DNA from: Gemmatimonas sp.
GTDB lineage: Bacteria > Gemmatimonadota > Gemmatimonadetes > Gemmatimonadales > Gemmatimonadaceae
Direction: 5' to 3'
Assembly: GCA_965279375.1 (NCBI GenBank)
Contig: OZ257156.1
Coordinates: 384,001-448,000, forward strand
DNA: 64,000 nt
The notes under the pieces were generated by a model. It saw nothing but the letters and a program-made list of their open reading frames with translations. It searched no databases and was not told the origin of the DNA. The position numbers and the translations under genes are program-made. This document shows positions 28,601 through 36,996 of the stretch, piece after piece; position 1 is the first letter of the stretch; every line of letters begins with the position of its first letter.

Positions 28601-28902
28601 CTCGGCGCGATGGCCAGCATGCCCATGGAGATGACGCGCTTGTCATCGAACACGGGACGCCAGGTGATGCCGTTGTTGGTGGTCTTCCAGATGCCGCCCG
28701 CCGCCGCAGCGACGAAGAGCGTCTTGGACGGACCCGGAATGCCGACGACGTCGGAAAGGCGGCCCATGAAATTGGCCGGACCGACGGTGCGCCAGCGCAA
28801 GCCGGCGATCGTCGCCGAGTCGAGCGTCTGGGCCGCTGCTGTGCCGGACAGCAGCAGAGCTGCGGCACCAGCGAGCGTGGGGAGAGTACGATGCAGTCGC
28901 AT
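25633..28902 (-). CDS. Secreted VPS10/BNR (Asp-box) beta-propeller protein, glycosyl-hydrolase-like
   Basis: Signal peptide; many S/TxDGGxTW repeats; HVDDHGIWIDP, GGAQDNGSW, LIAATHGRSFW; Gly/Pro-rich C-terminus. Start at MRLHRTL. Confidence 0.88.
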   Translation of the reverse strand: MRLHRTLPTLAGAAALLLSGTAAAQTLDSATIAGLRWRTVGPANFMGRLSDVVGIPGPSKTLFVAAAAGGIWKTTNNGITWRPVFDDKRVISMGMLAIAPSDTQQVWAGTGEPNSRNSIEAGGGIYKSTDGGLTWTLKGLEKTQHIGRIVVHPTNPNVLYVAALGAAWASNPERGLYKSTDGGNTWQMSKFVSNKAGFVDVAINLKDPNILFAASWERYRTPYSLKSGGPGSALWKTTDGGTTWTEVKGGGFPAGAKGRIGLDINRSNPNVIYAMIEAAAPSADGSYTPERAPKDNGLWRSTDGGATWTQMNNTNVRPFYYSQVRSDPKNPDRVYYSSTELQVSDDGGKTAKNAAQNVHVDDHGIWIDPNDPERWVLANDGGIAFTFDKGGNFNQMQNLPIGQFYEVSYDMAVPYNICGGAQDNGSWCGPSKRRAGTTTLGYWFTIAGGDGFYTAQDPTDPTIVYGESQGGNATRLNLKTGERLAFSKPNWPTQYRAWEDSIAIVRGDPLVPATKAQNAAIAALRVQQKKDSVDLALRFNWNSPFFISPHNPAVIYFAGNRVLKSSKRGEDFSLISPDLSKLLTAKIDTSLRLTGGITLDATGAETYGTVVAMEESPAKQGLLFAGTDDGNVWKSVNDGATWENVSARIPGLPNGGEVVVSRIEASKFDTETFYVTFDNHRWNDFKPYVYVTNDGGKSFKSIANNLPTDGPGDHVHVLREDPWNRDLLFVGTSISAYVSIDRGATWSKFAANFPSVPVYDLQIHPRDHELIAATHGRSFWIVDIAPLEQMSKTVVAKNAHLFDPKPAFMWGEAPTGGAAGNGNGQAFFATQNPTYGATISYRVTGAGGQPARISIVDASGDTVQTLTGPGTAGLHTVNWAYGITPRPQPRAALSPSEKRDSILRTVRAPVVLDSLTKAKFDSSAIAAAKRLLTPIPAFNPALAGRGGGGGGGRGGQGACERPLTQWEPFCARPAESAGGRGAGGPPGAGGPPGAPAQTTPAQQALIGKIFALIGLPVPAAPGGRGGFGGFGGGRPQSANTGDYSVVLTVNGTTMKTKLRVENMGAGESGFPFGPASGDDDDRGAVKQKH

Positions 28903-29052
28903 GGAAAGTGGTACGAGGAAGGAACGCGGAACCGATGGCCTACAGTGTGCACTTAGCCACATAATGCAAGACGTGACTTGGGCGCTGCGCGTTGAGACGC
29001 ATCGCAGCGCATCTGGAGATGCCAAATCAGCAGCTAGATCGACGCGCGATAA

Positions 29053-29070
29053 CTTTCATAAACTTTTCAT
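29053..29070 (+). promoter_or_regulatory. AT-rich 7-4-7 direct repeat (CTTTCAT-aaac-TTTTCAT), OmpR/PhoB-box-like
   Basis: A conspicuous AT island in GC-rich DNA with 11-bp periodicity, just upstream of the alcohol dehydrogenase ATG. Confidence 0.4.
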
Positions 29071-29079
29071 AAATCAACC

Positions 29080-30132
29080 ATGACCACCGTTCACGCTTAC
29101 GCGGCGCACAGCGCCACCACGCCCCTCGCACCGTGGTCCTTCGAGCGCCGCACGCCCGGCCCGCGCGACGTGCAGATCGACATCCTCTTCTGCGGCGTCT
29201 GCCACTCCGACCTGCACACCGTGCGCGGCGAGTGGGGCACCATCGCGTACCCGCAGGTGCCGGGACATGAAATCGTCGGTCGGGTCGTCTCGGTCGGCGC
29301 CGACGTCACGACGCACAAGGTCGGCGACATGGTCGGCGTCGGTTGCCTCGTCGACAGCTGCCAGCACTGCGCGTCCTGCAGCGACGGCCTCGAGCAGTAT
29401 TGCGAGAACGGCAGCACGGGCACCTACGGCGGCGTCGAAAAGGAGTCCGGCAAGCCCACGCAGGGCGGATACTCCTCGGGCATCGTGGTCGACGAACGCT
29501 TCGTCGTCCGCATCCCCGCCGGCATGGAGCTCGCCGCAGCCGCGCCGCTGCTCTGCGCCGGTATCACCACCTACTCGCCGCTCCGCGAATGGAAGGCGGG
29601 CCCGGGAAAGCGCGTCGGTGTCGTCGGACTTGGCGGACTCGGCCATATGGCCGTCAAGCTCGCGAACGCGATGGGCGCGCACGTTGTGCTCTTCACCACG
29701 TCGCCCAGCAAGATCGAGGACGCCAAGCGCCTCGGCGCCCATGACGTCGTCATCTCCACCGATCCGGCACAGATGAAGGCGGTCCGCAACTCGCTCGACC
29801 TCATCATCGACACCGTCAGCGCCCCGCACGACCTCGACGCCGAGCTGGGGCTCCTGCGCCGCGACGGCACGCTCGTCCTGCTCGGTGGGTCGCCGGTCCC
29901 GCACCCCGCCACGTCGGTGTGGCCGTTCATCCTGCAGCGGAAGCGACTGGCCGGCTCCCTGATCGGCGGTCTGCGCGAAACGCAGGAAATGCTCGACTTC
30001 TGCGCCGCGCACCACATCGCCTCGGACATCGAAGTCATCGCGGCGAAGGACATCAACACGGCGTACGAGCGCATGCTCAAGTCGGACGTCAAGTACCGCT
30101 TCGTCATCGACGTCAGCACGATCGGCGCCTGA
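29080..30132 (+). CDS. NAD(P)-dependent Zn alcohol dehydrogenase (cinnamyl-alcohol dehydrogenase / YahK-like)
   Basis: CGVCHSD, GHEIVG, structural Zn cysteines CQHCASC..C, LLCAGITTYSPL, GLGGLG, DVKYRFVID. Confidence 0.95.
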   Translation: MTTVHAYAAHSATTPLAPWSFERRTPGPRDVQIDILFCGVCHSDLHTVRGEWGTIAYPQVPGHEIVGRVVSVGADVTTHKVGDMVGVGCLVDSCQHCASCSDGLEQYCENGSTGTYGGVEKESGKPTQGGYSSGIVVDERFVVRIPAGMELAAAAPLLCAGITTYSPLREWKAGPGKRVGVVGLGGLGHMAVKLANAMGAHVVLFTTSPSKIEDAKRLGAHDVVISTDPAQMKAVRNSLDLIIDTVSAPHDLDAELGLLRRDGTLVLLGGSPVPHPATSVWPFILQRKRLAGSLIGGLRETQEMLDFCAAHHIASDIEVIAAKDINTAYERMLKSDVKYRFVIDVSTIGA

Positions 30133-30144
30133 TCCTCGCTTGGC

Positions 30145-30170
30145 GCTCGCGCCGCGACCGCGGCGCGAGC
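30145..30170 (+). terminator. GC-rich hairpin after the alcohol dehydrogenase gene
   Basis: gctcgcgccgc-gacc-gcggcgcgagc, an 11-bp stem 12 nt after the stop. No U-tract. Confidence 0.5.
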
Positions 30171-30286
30171 AGGGGAGCATCGCGCTCTCAGCGGTTCACG
30201 CTATTTTGTGCCGTACAGCACGAACCGTCGTACTCGTTTGCGCTTCACACCGGCAAAGCAACGTCTTCCCCCGCCTTCTCCGCTGA

Positions 30287-31006
30287 ATGCCCTTCGCAGC
30301 ACTCGCGCAATGGACTGAACCGCGCTCGCTCCTCGTGGTCGAGGACGACGATGCGCTCCGGCAAACGCTCGTGGAGTCGCTTACCGCGATCTGTCCGCGC
30401 GTACGCTCGGCCGCCACGCTGGCCGAGGCGATGCGTGAGTGCGCCGAAGAACAGCCCGACCTCGTGCTACTCGACCTCGGCCTGCCCGACGGCGACGGCT
30501 CCGAGCTGCTGACTCGACTCCGCGCGATCACCACGGTCCCCATGATCGTGCTGTCGGTGCGCGAGAACGACGAAGACAAAGTGCAGATGCTCGACGCCGG
30601 GGCTGACGACTTTCTGACGAAGCCCTGCAGCTCGGCCGAATTGCTGGCCCGGGTGCGCGGCCAGCTCCGGCGGTCGGCGGCGTCGATGGCGGCCCGCTCC
30701 GTCGCGCACATGGTCTGCGAAGACGTCGAGATCGACCTGATCAACCAGCGCGTTTCCCGCGCGGGCGTCCCGCAGCGCCTCACCCCCACCGAGTGGGCAC
30801 TCCTGCGCACGCTGGTACTGCACGCTGGCCGTCCACTCACACCGCGCCAGCTCTGGGATCTGGTGTGGGATCGCGAGTTTGGCGACTACGCCGTGCATGT
30901 TCGCGTGCACATGACGCATCTGCGCCGAAAGATCGAGCCCAATTCGGCCTCACCTCGGCTGATCATCACCGAACCGGGCGTGGGCTACCGCTTCGTCATG
31001 CCGTGA
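30287..31006 (+). CDS. OmpR-family response regulator, KdpE-like
   Basis: LLVVEDD, LLDLGLPDGDG, LDAGADDFLTKP, LTPTEW.LL, LRRKIE, ITEPGVGYRF. Confidence 0.92.
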   Translation: MPFAALAQWTEPRSLLVVEDDDALRQTLVESLTAICPRVRSAATLAEAMRECAEEQPDLVLLDLGLPDGDGSELLTRLRAITTVPMIVLSVRENDEDKVQMLDAGADDFLTKPCSSAELLARVRGQLRRSAASMAARSVAHMVCEDVEIDLINQRVSRAGVPQRLTPTEWALLRTLVLHAGRPLTPRQLWDLVWDREFGDYAVHVRVHMTHLRRKIEPNSASPRLIITEPGVGYRFVMP

Positions 31007-32118
31007 AGGAGAAAACGGCCTGGCAATGGGCCCGTTGGTTCCTCCTCTACGCGGTCGTCTCGCTCGCCATCGCGCGCTTTGGCGACCCGTCGTCGCTGCG
31101 AATCTCGTACGGCGTCTTGTTGTACCTGCTCATCATCGTCGGCACGGCCCTAGAGGGTGGCCGGATCGCCTCGGTGTGCATGGTCGGCGCCGGCTACCTC
31201 GCGGTGAACTGGCTCTTCGTGCCGCCACGACGAGCGTTTGGTCAGCCGAGCCATCTCGACGTAGTCATTCTCGTGGGGTTTCTCGCCACCGGGCTCGTCA
31301 TCTCGCAGTTGGTGGTCACACTCAAGCAGACGGCAACCATTGCCATTGCGCGTGCGGAAGAGATCGAGCGACTGAGTACCGAGCGGCTGCAACTGGAACG
31401 CGTTGCGTCGCGCGCGCATGTGTTGCAGGAGGCCGAGCGATTGAAGAACGCGCTGCTCGCCTCACTCACGCACGACCTGCGCTCGCCCATCACCACAATG
31501 GGGATGTTGGCCGAGTCGAGCTCTGTGGTGCCGCACAGCGAAGCACTCCGGCGCATCGGCGACGAAGTCCGTCGTCTCGAGGAATTCGTGAGCGCGATCG
31601 GTCGCTTCGCGAGTGTCGCTGGCGCCGAAACGCTGCTGGTGCTCGAGACGCACGTGGTGGAGGATCTCGTCGGCGCCGCGCTGCGCTCGAGCGAGGCTGG
31701 CCTCATCGGACATCCCGTACACGTGGAGTCCGGTCCGATGCTGCTCGTCCACTGCGACTTCACGCTGTCGCTCAAGATTCTCGACAACCTGCTCGTCAAT
31801 GCTGCGCGCTACACACCGCCCGGATCACCGATCGATATCTCGGCACGCGAAGTCGATCGCCAGGTCTACATCACCGTGGCAGATCGAGGGGCAGGACTGG
31901 ATCGGGAGGAGGCGGTCCGACTGTTTCGCCCGCTTGAGCGCGGCCGCGAGACCGCTGACGGCCCGCCGGGGAGCGGCATGGGGCTCTCGATCGCCCGTGC
32001 CTTTGCCCACGCCCAACATGGGAGCGTGGTGTTCAGAGCGCGTGAGGGCGGCGGGTCCTGCTTTGAACTGCGACTGCCAGCGGCGCCGGCGTCAGGCCCC
32101 GCCGCCGTAATCGCCTGA
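31003..32118 (+). CDS. Sensor histidine kinase with DUF4118 membrane domain (shortened KdpD-like)
   Basis: GTG start overlaps the regulator stop (GTGA); 4 TM with NWLFVPP; H-box LTHDLRSP; NLLVNAARYTP, DRGAG, GMGLSI. Confidence 0.85.
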   Translation: MKEKTAWQWARWFLLYAVVSLAIARFGDPSSLRISYGVLLYLLIIVGTALEGGRIASVCMVGAGYLAVNWLFVPPRRAFGQPSHLDVVILVGFLATGLVISQLVVTLKQTATIAIARAEEIERLSTERLQLERVASRAHVLQEAERLKNALLASLTHDLRSPITTMGMLAESSSVVPHSEALRRIGDEVRRLEEFVSAIGRFASVAGAETLLVLETHVVEDLVGAALRSSEAGLIGHPVHVESGPMLLVHCDFTLSLKILDNLLVNAARYTPPGSPIDISAREVDRQVYITVADRGAGLDREEAVRLFRPLERGRETADGPPGSGMGLSIARAFAHAQHGSVVFRAREGGGSCFELRLPAAPASGPAAVIA

Positions 32119-32126
32119 CAGTCGCT

Positions 32127-32315
32127 CTAGACCGGTTCCGGCTCCGCTTCGCCTTCGGAGTCGTCGCTCGAGCGCGGATTTCCGTACTCGTCCACATCGT
32201 CAGGGAGCCCGGCGGCCTTCCGGCGCGCGCGCTCTTCCTTCTTGGCGTCCTTCTTCGCCTGCCGCTCCATTTCCTTGCGGCGCTTCTCGTAATCGTAGTT
32301 GGGTTTGCGAGCCAA
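32127..32315 (-). CDS. Small charged hypothetical protein (MARKPNYDYEKRRKEMERQAKK...)
   Basis: TTG start. Resembles the widespread small bacterial 'KPNY.FEKR..E' proteins; good codon bias. Confidence 0.65.
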   Translation of the reverse strand: MARKPNYDYEKRRKEMERQAKKDAKKEERARRKAAGLPDDVDEYGNPRSSDDSEGEAEPEPV

Positions 32316-32465
32316 ACGCGGAAGCTCCGGTACGTGCGTGTCGCTGAGAAAAGGGGACGCGCACGGGGGCGCATCAGCCGCACGACCGCCGTTCGGCATG
32401 CCGCAACATAGTACCGGGGGGCGCGCGCCGTCAGCGCGGAGCGCGGCCAGCCCCCCAACCGTCAC

Positions 32466-33716
32466 TCAGTTCGTGCCCACGCACTCGTCGAAGACACGCT
32501 TTTGTGCCTCTTTCGCGTTCGGGATCGACTTGTAGAAGTCGTCGAAGTAGGACAGGGTTTCCTTGATGATGCGCGGCGAGAGCAGCTGCCCCAGTGGATC
32601 GGCGTACAGCGCGTAGATCTCGGGCTTCTTCGCGATGAAGAGGTCGATGACCTTCTGGTATTCCAGCTTGTACGCGCAGTAGCCGCGGAATTGCCGTTCG
32701 CGCACAGAGCGAATACGCAGCTTGGGATCGGGTGCCGCATAGTGCGTGTTGACCGCACCGGAGAAATCGAAATCGTAGGCGATGGGGAGAATCTGCCCCG
32801 TGCGCGTGCGAATCAGCTCGGCGTTGTGCAGGCCACCGAACGAAAAATCGGTGTTGCCGATCATGTACTGGAAGACGAACGCGATCGCCGACTGCGGCGC
32901 ATCGAGATCGTCGGAATCCGCGCCAGTCTGACGTACGACTTCTCCGCCGACGCGCTCGGCGAGTGTGGCGGGATCCTCCACGACGAAGCTGTAGCGCGTC
33001 GCTTCGACCTTGCCCGTGGCGCTGTCGGCGTAAGTCATCTTGAGCAGCCGCACGTGATGACTGACCGGCGTCAGCAGTCGGTAGATGCGATACAGCATGA
33101 ACTCCTGCAGGATGTAGTTGTCGTACACATCGCTGTTGCGGCAGTACGTCACCAGCTTGGGTTCGGCGATGTTGTTGAACACCGTCTGCTTGCCCGCCTT
33201 GTCGGCGACCTTCATGCGCACCGGCGGGAACTCGCAGTTCTTGAGCCGCCAGATGCCGCGCGTGCGCGCGCGCGCATCCACCGTCACGACCTTGCCCGTG
33301 CTGTCCGTGTAACTCAGCGTTGCTGCGTGATACGGCGCCTTCGCGCCCCGATCCTTGCGCAGCTGCTTGATGTTGGTCGTGAACGTGACCGCCAGCGGCG
33401 TCTCGCTCGTGAAAAGCGGTGACAGCTTGGGCGGCTTCTTCTCGGACTTCTCGGTGCTGTCCGAGGGCGTGCGTTTCCCCGCCTTCTTCTCCCCAGACTT
33501 CTCACCGGACTTGTCGCCCTTTTGTTCATCCTTGGGCTTCTTCGACTTGCCCGACGCGCGCACGGAATCGGGCGATTGCGCCTGCAGCAACGGAGCCGAC
33601 GCGCTCGTCGCGAGCGTCGCGGCGGTGAGCAGGGCGATCGCTCGGACGGAAAGCATGGACAGGCGACGACGTGATGTGGTCATGGGCGGGACATGCGGAT
33701 GGACGTTGGCGCGCAT
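32466..33716 (-). CDS. Exported CotH-like / atypical kinase-fold protein
   Basis: Signal peptide; RTRGIWR..CEFPP, KLVTYC, EFMLYRIY, FQYMIGNTDFS..HN..PIAYDFD (kinase catalytic-loop-like). Starts 3 nt after the DUF4956 stop. Confidence 0.65.
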   Translation of the reverse strand: MRANVHPHVPPMTTSRRRLSMLSVRAIALLTAATLATSASAPLLQAQSPDSVRASGKSKKPKDEQKGDKSGEKSGEKKAGKRTPSDSTEKSEKKPPKLSPLFTSETPLAVTFTTNIKQLRKDRGAKAPYHAATLSYTDSTGKVVTVDARARTRGIWRLKNCEFPPVRMKVADKAGKQTVFNNIAEPKLVTYCRNSDVYDNYILQEFMLYRIYRLLTPVSHHVRLLKMTYADSATGKVEATRYSFVVEDPATLAERVGGEVVRQTGADSDDLDAPQSAIAFVFQYMIGNTDFSFGGLHNAELIRTRTGQILPIAYDFDFSGAVNTHYAAPDPKLRIRSVRERQFRGYCAYKLEYQKVIDLFIAKKPEIYALYADPLGQLLSPRIIKETLSYFDDFYKSIPNAKEAQKRVFDECVGTN

Positions 33717-33719
33717 CGG

Positions 33720-34739
33720 CTAGCGGAGTTCCACATCGAGCACGTACTGGGAGCCGGCGGCGCGAACGAGCGCGAGCAGATCGTCCGGCGAGGACTTCTT
33801 GCGTAGCTGCAGCACATACTCCACAACATCACCCTCAGCGCTCGGCGTGACCGACCCGAAGCGCCATTGCTTGACGAAGTCCTGCAGGCGTGGCTCCACG
33901 CCGCGGCGCAATGCCGCGACGTCCGACGTGACGATGCGCAGCCGAGCATCCGTAACAGCGGCTGGCGCCGTCTCCTCATCACCCGCGGCGTTGGCGCGCT
34001 TCCAGGCGCGCTCGGCGACGCCCTCGAGCTGCTCGCGTGTCATGTTGCGAAAGACTTCGTCGTCGATGCGTGCGACGAAGGTGCCCGTGCGTGCCAGCTC
34101 CCGCGCGCGCTTGAGCCGCTTGTCGGCAATGCGTCCCTCGAGCTCCATCGGCGCGCTTCCGAAGTCGGTGAACCAGAGCCCGAGCACCGTGACGTTGAAG
34201 CCGATCGACAGTACTGCGGCGACGGGCAGATTGACTGCAGAGGCGAGCCCGATGGCCGTGGCGAGAAAGACGTAGACGGCGTCCTTGCTGTCGTCGAGCG
34301 TATTGCGAAAACGGACGGCGGCCACGATGCCAGCGAGACTGAACGCGAGCGCGATGCTGTACTTGACCAGCAGCACGATGCCGGCGACGACGACCGGGAG
34401 GATGATCAGCAGCTGCACCACCGACTGCTGGTATCCGCGCTTGGCGCGAGTGAGCTGGTACACCCACGCCACCGGCAGCGAAAGCAGCACCGCGGCGAGC
34501 ATCGCCACGCCCACCGTGATGGAGAGCGTGACCTCGTCGAAAGGAACGGCAGCAGGAGCTGTTTGCGGCGCCGTCGTGGGCAGCCCGCCAAACAGTTCGT
34601 TGAGCGAGGCGGGAGCCATCGCGCCGGCGTGGGGTAAACGACTCCAGGCCAGCGCAGCGCCGCCGATCAGCGCCACGTAGTACACGAGCGTCCGCACGAT
34701 CACGCGAGTCGCCGGTGCTGCTTGCTTCGAACTTGCCAC
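33720..34739 (-). CDS. DUF4956 domain membrane protein
   Basis: SIALAFSLAGIVAAVRFRNTLDDSKDAVYVF..AIGLA signature; C-terminal ACT-like part. GTG start with GGAG upstream. Confidence 0.85.
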   Translation of the reverse strand: MASSKQAAPATRVIVRTLVYYVALIGGAALAWSRLPHAGAMAPASLNELFGGLPTTAPQTAPAAVPFDEVTLSITVGVAMLAAVLLSLPVAWVYQLTRAKRGYQQSVVQLLIILPVVVAGIVLLVKYSIALAFSLAGIVAAVRFRNTLDDSKDAVYVFLATAIGLASAVNLPVAAVLSIGFNVTVLGLWFTDFGSAPMELEGRIADKRLKRARELARTGTFVARIDDEVFRNMTREQLEGVAERAWKRANAAGDEETAPAAVTDARLRIVTSDVAALRRGVEPRLQDFVKQWRFGSVTPSAEGDVVEYVLQLRKKSSPDDLLALVRAAGSQYVLDVELR

Positions 34740-34848
34740 GAACGACGTCTCCAGAGAGGTTGCCGCGCAAGTATCGTGCGCTCCGCGGCTTCCCGCCATG
34801 CTTCCGTGCGTGCTTGCCGCATCCCGGGCTCACATCCACATTCGCCGC

Positions 34849-36426
34849 ATGACTCGTCTCGCCCTGTCGGCACTTGCCGCGATGGCCCTCGTCGGCTGCA
34901 GCCAAGCCCCCCTCCGCGGACAGAGCGCGGCCAAACGCCCGTCGCTGGTCGTGATGATCACGATCGACCAGATGCGCGGCGACTACATCACGCGCTTTGG
35001 ACCGCAACTCACGGGCGGGCTGGCACGGCTGTCACAGGGCGGCGCGTGGTACACCAACGCGCACCACGATCACGCCATCACCGAGACGGCCCCAGGCCAC
35101 GCTACCCTGCTGTCGGGGCGCTTCCCGCGCTCGACCGGCATCATGATGAATGCAATCGGCGTGGAAGACGAAAGCATGCCGCTGCTGGCGGGCGCCTACG
35201 GTACCGGCGCCAGCCCGCGTCGCTTCAACGGGACCACGCTCACCGACTGGCTGCGCGCGGACGAATCCAAGTCCCGCACTTTCTCCGTCTCGATGAAGGA
35301 CCGCGGCGCCATCCTGCCCGCCGGTCGCTCCAAGAGCGAGGTGTACTGGTATTCGCCGGACGGTCGCTTCACCACCAGCAAGTACTACCGCGACAAGCTG
35401 CCCAGGTGGGTGGACGCGTTTAACGCGCGGTTGATGCCAGCCAGCTACGCCGGCAAGTCGTGGACACTGCTGCTCCCCGACTCCGCCTACGCGGAGCCGG
35501 ACAGCAGCCTTGCCGAAGGGTTCGCGGACATCGTCTTTCCACACAAGCTTCCCGATGACGAGGTGGATGCGCAGAGCCTCGTGCGCACGACGCCATTCAT
35601 GGACGATCTGGTGCTCGCGTTCGCGCTCAACGGCGTCAACGAGCTGGCGATCGGCAAGGGACCGCAGACGGATGTGCTGGCGATTTCGCTGTCCGCCACC
35701 GACGTCATCGGCCATCGCTACGGCCCCGATTCGCGCGAGATCCACGACCAGATCCTGCGCGTCGATCGTGCCCTCGGCCGCTTTCTCGATTCGCTCTACA
35801 CGCTGCGCGATTCCTCGACGGTGACCGTGGTGTTGAGCGGTGATCACGGCGTAGGCACCATCCCCGAACTCGCGCGCGAACGCGGACAACAGCCGCCACC
35901 GCTGCGCGTGAGCCTCGCGCCGGTGCTTCCCGCGCTGCGCGCATCACTCCGCGCGGCGCGCGTCGATACGCTGGCCATCGAACTCGATCAGCAGCTCGTG
36001 CTGGTCGACCGCGCGGCGTTCAAGAAGGCGGGCGTCTCCCCCGAGCCAATTCTGGAATCGTTGGCGACGAGCGTTCGCGCGAGTGAAGGCGTCGCCCGCA
36101 TCGACCGCTTCAAGCAGCTGCTCGCCGACACCCTGTCCGATCCAATCGCACGTCGCTGGGCACACCAGTTTCCCGCGACGGTCAACATCGAGATGATCGT
36201 GACGCTGACGCCCTACAGTACGTGGGGCGGCAACACAGCCTCGCACGGCTCACCGTACGACTACGACTCCAACGTGCCGCTGATATTCGCCGGTGCCGGC
36301 ATCGCGCCGGGCAAGCACACCGAGTTCGTGCGCACGGTCGATCTCGCGGCCACGCTGGCCCAGCTACTGGGGATCAAGCCGCTGGAGAAGATCGACGGCG
36401 TCCCACTGACCAACGCGCTTCGCTAG
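34849..36426 (+). CDS. Alkaline-phosphatase-superfamily lipoprotein (PafA / nucleotide pyrophosphatase-phosphodiesterase type)
   Basis: Lipobox LVGC; ITIDQMRGDY, TETAPGHATL (Thr nucleophile), KDRGAI, SATDVIGHRYGP, SGDHG, SHGSPYDYD. Confidence 0.92.
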   Translation: MTRLALSALAAMALVGCSQAPLRGQSAAKRPSLVVMITIDQMRGDYITRFGPQLTGGLARLSQGGAWYTNAHHDHAITETAPGHATLLSGRFPRSTGIMMNAIGVEDESMPLLAGAYGTGASPRRFNGTTLTDWLRADESKSRTFSVSMKDRGAILPAGRSKSEVYWYSPDGRFTTSKYYRDKLPRWVDAFNARLMPASYAGKSWTLLLPDSAYAEPDSSLAEGFADIVFPHKLPDDEVDAQSLVRTTPFMDDLVLAFALNGVNELAIGKGPQTDVLAISLSATDVIGHRYGPDSREIHDQILRVDRALGRFLDSLYTLRDSSTVTVVLSGDHGVGTIPELARERGQQPPPLRVSLAPVLPALRASLRAARVDTLAIELDQQLVLVDRAAFKKAGVSPEPILESLATSVRASEGVARIDRFKQLLADTLSDPIARRWAHQFPATVNIEMIVTLTPYSTWGGNTASHGSPYDYDSNVPLIFAGAGIAPGKHTEFVRTVDLAATLAQLLGIKPLEKIDGVPLTNALR

Positions 36427-36448
36427 TCGGCTGCGCCAGGCGGCAGGG

Positions 36449-36892
36449 CTAGTCGGCGTACGGGTAGTCGGGATCGGACAGGCGTTTGGCGAGCGCGACG
36501 GCGTCCGGCCCGGCGATCTGGTGAACCAGCTCCACCAGCATGTGGCTCAGATGCGTGCCGTACTTGAGCAGGCTGGTTGCCCGGGCCGGCCGCTCCAGCA
36601 GGAAGGCCAGAAAGCTCCGGTCCTTCTTGGCGGCGTTACACGTCTTGCAGCAGAGCACGAGGTTGTCGCGCCGATCGTAGGCGCTCTGCCCTTTGCGCGG
36701 AGTCACGTGGTCCAGCGTGATCGCGCGCTCGGCCACTTTCTGCTGGCAGTAGGCGCAGACGGGTCCGTGCTGCGCCAGCAGCCATCGCCGCGTTTCCGCG
36801 TAGGCGATGCGGCTGGTTGGGACGGATGTCTGCGGCTGGATGGGACGACCCGCCCCGGCTCGACCACGGCGCTTGCGCGGCGCGGGACTCAC
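36449..36892 (-). CDS. HNH endonuclease
   Basis: CAYC..TLDHVTP..DNLVLCCKTCNAAK. Start uncertain (GTG 36892 chosen). Confidence 0.8.
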   Translation of the reverse strand: MSPAPRKRRGRAGAGRPIQPQTSVPTSRIAYAETRRWLLAQHGPVCAYCQQKVAERAITLDHVTPRKGQSAYDRRDNLVLCCKTCNAAKKDRSFLAFLLERPARATSLLKYGTHLSHMLVELVHQIAGPDAVALAKRLSDPDYPYAD

Positions 36893-36996
36893 GGGCGACC
36901 GCCGCTGGTCACTGATTCGTACAGGCACATGCAGGAAGTGTAACTGTCCGGCATCCCACTGGGTTATCTTTCCGCATCGCCTACAACGAGGACCCA

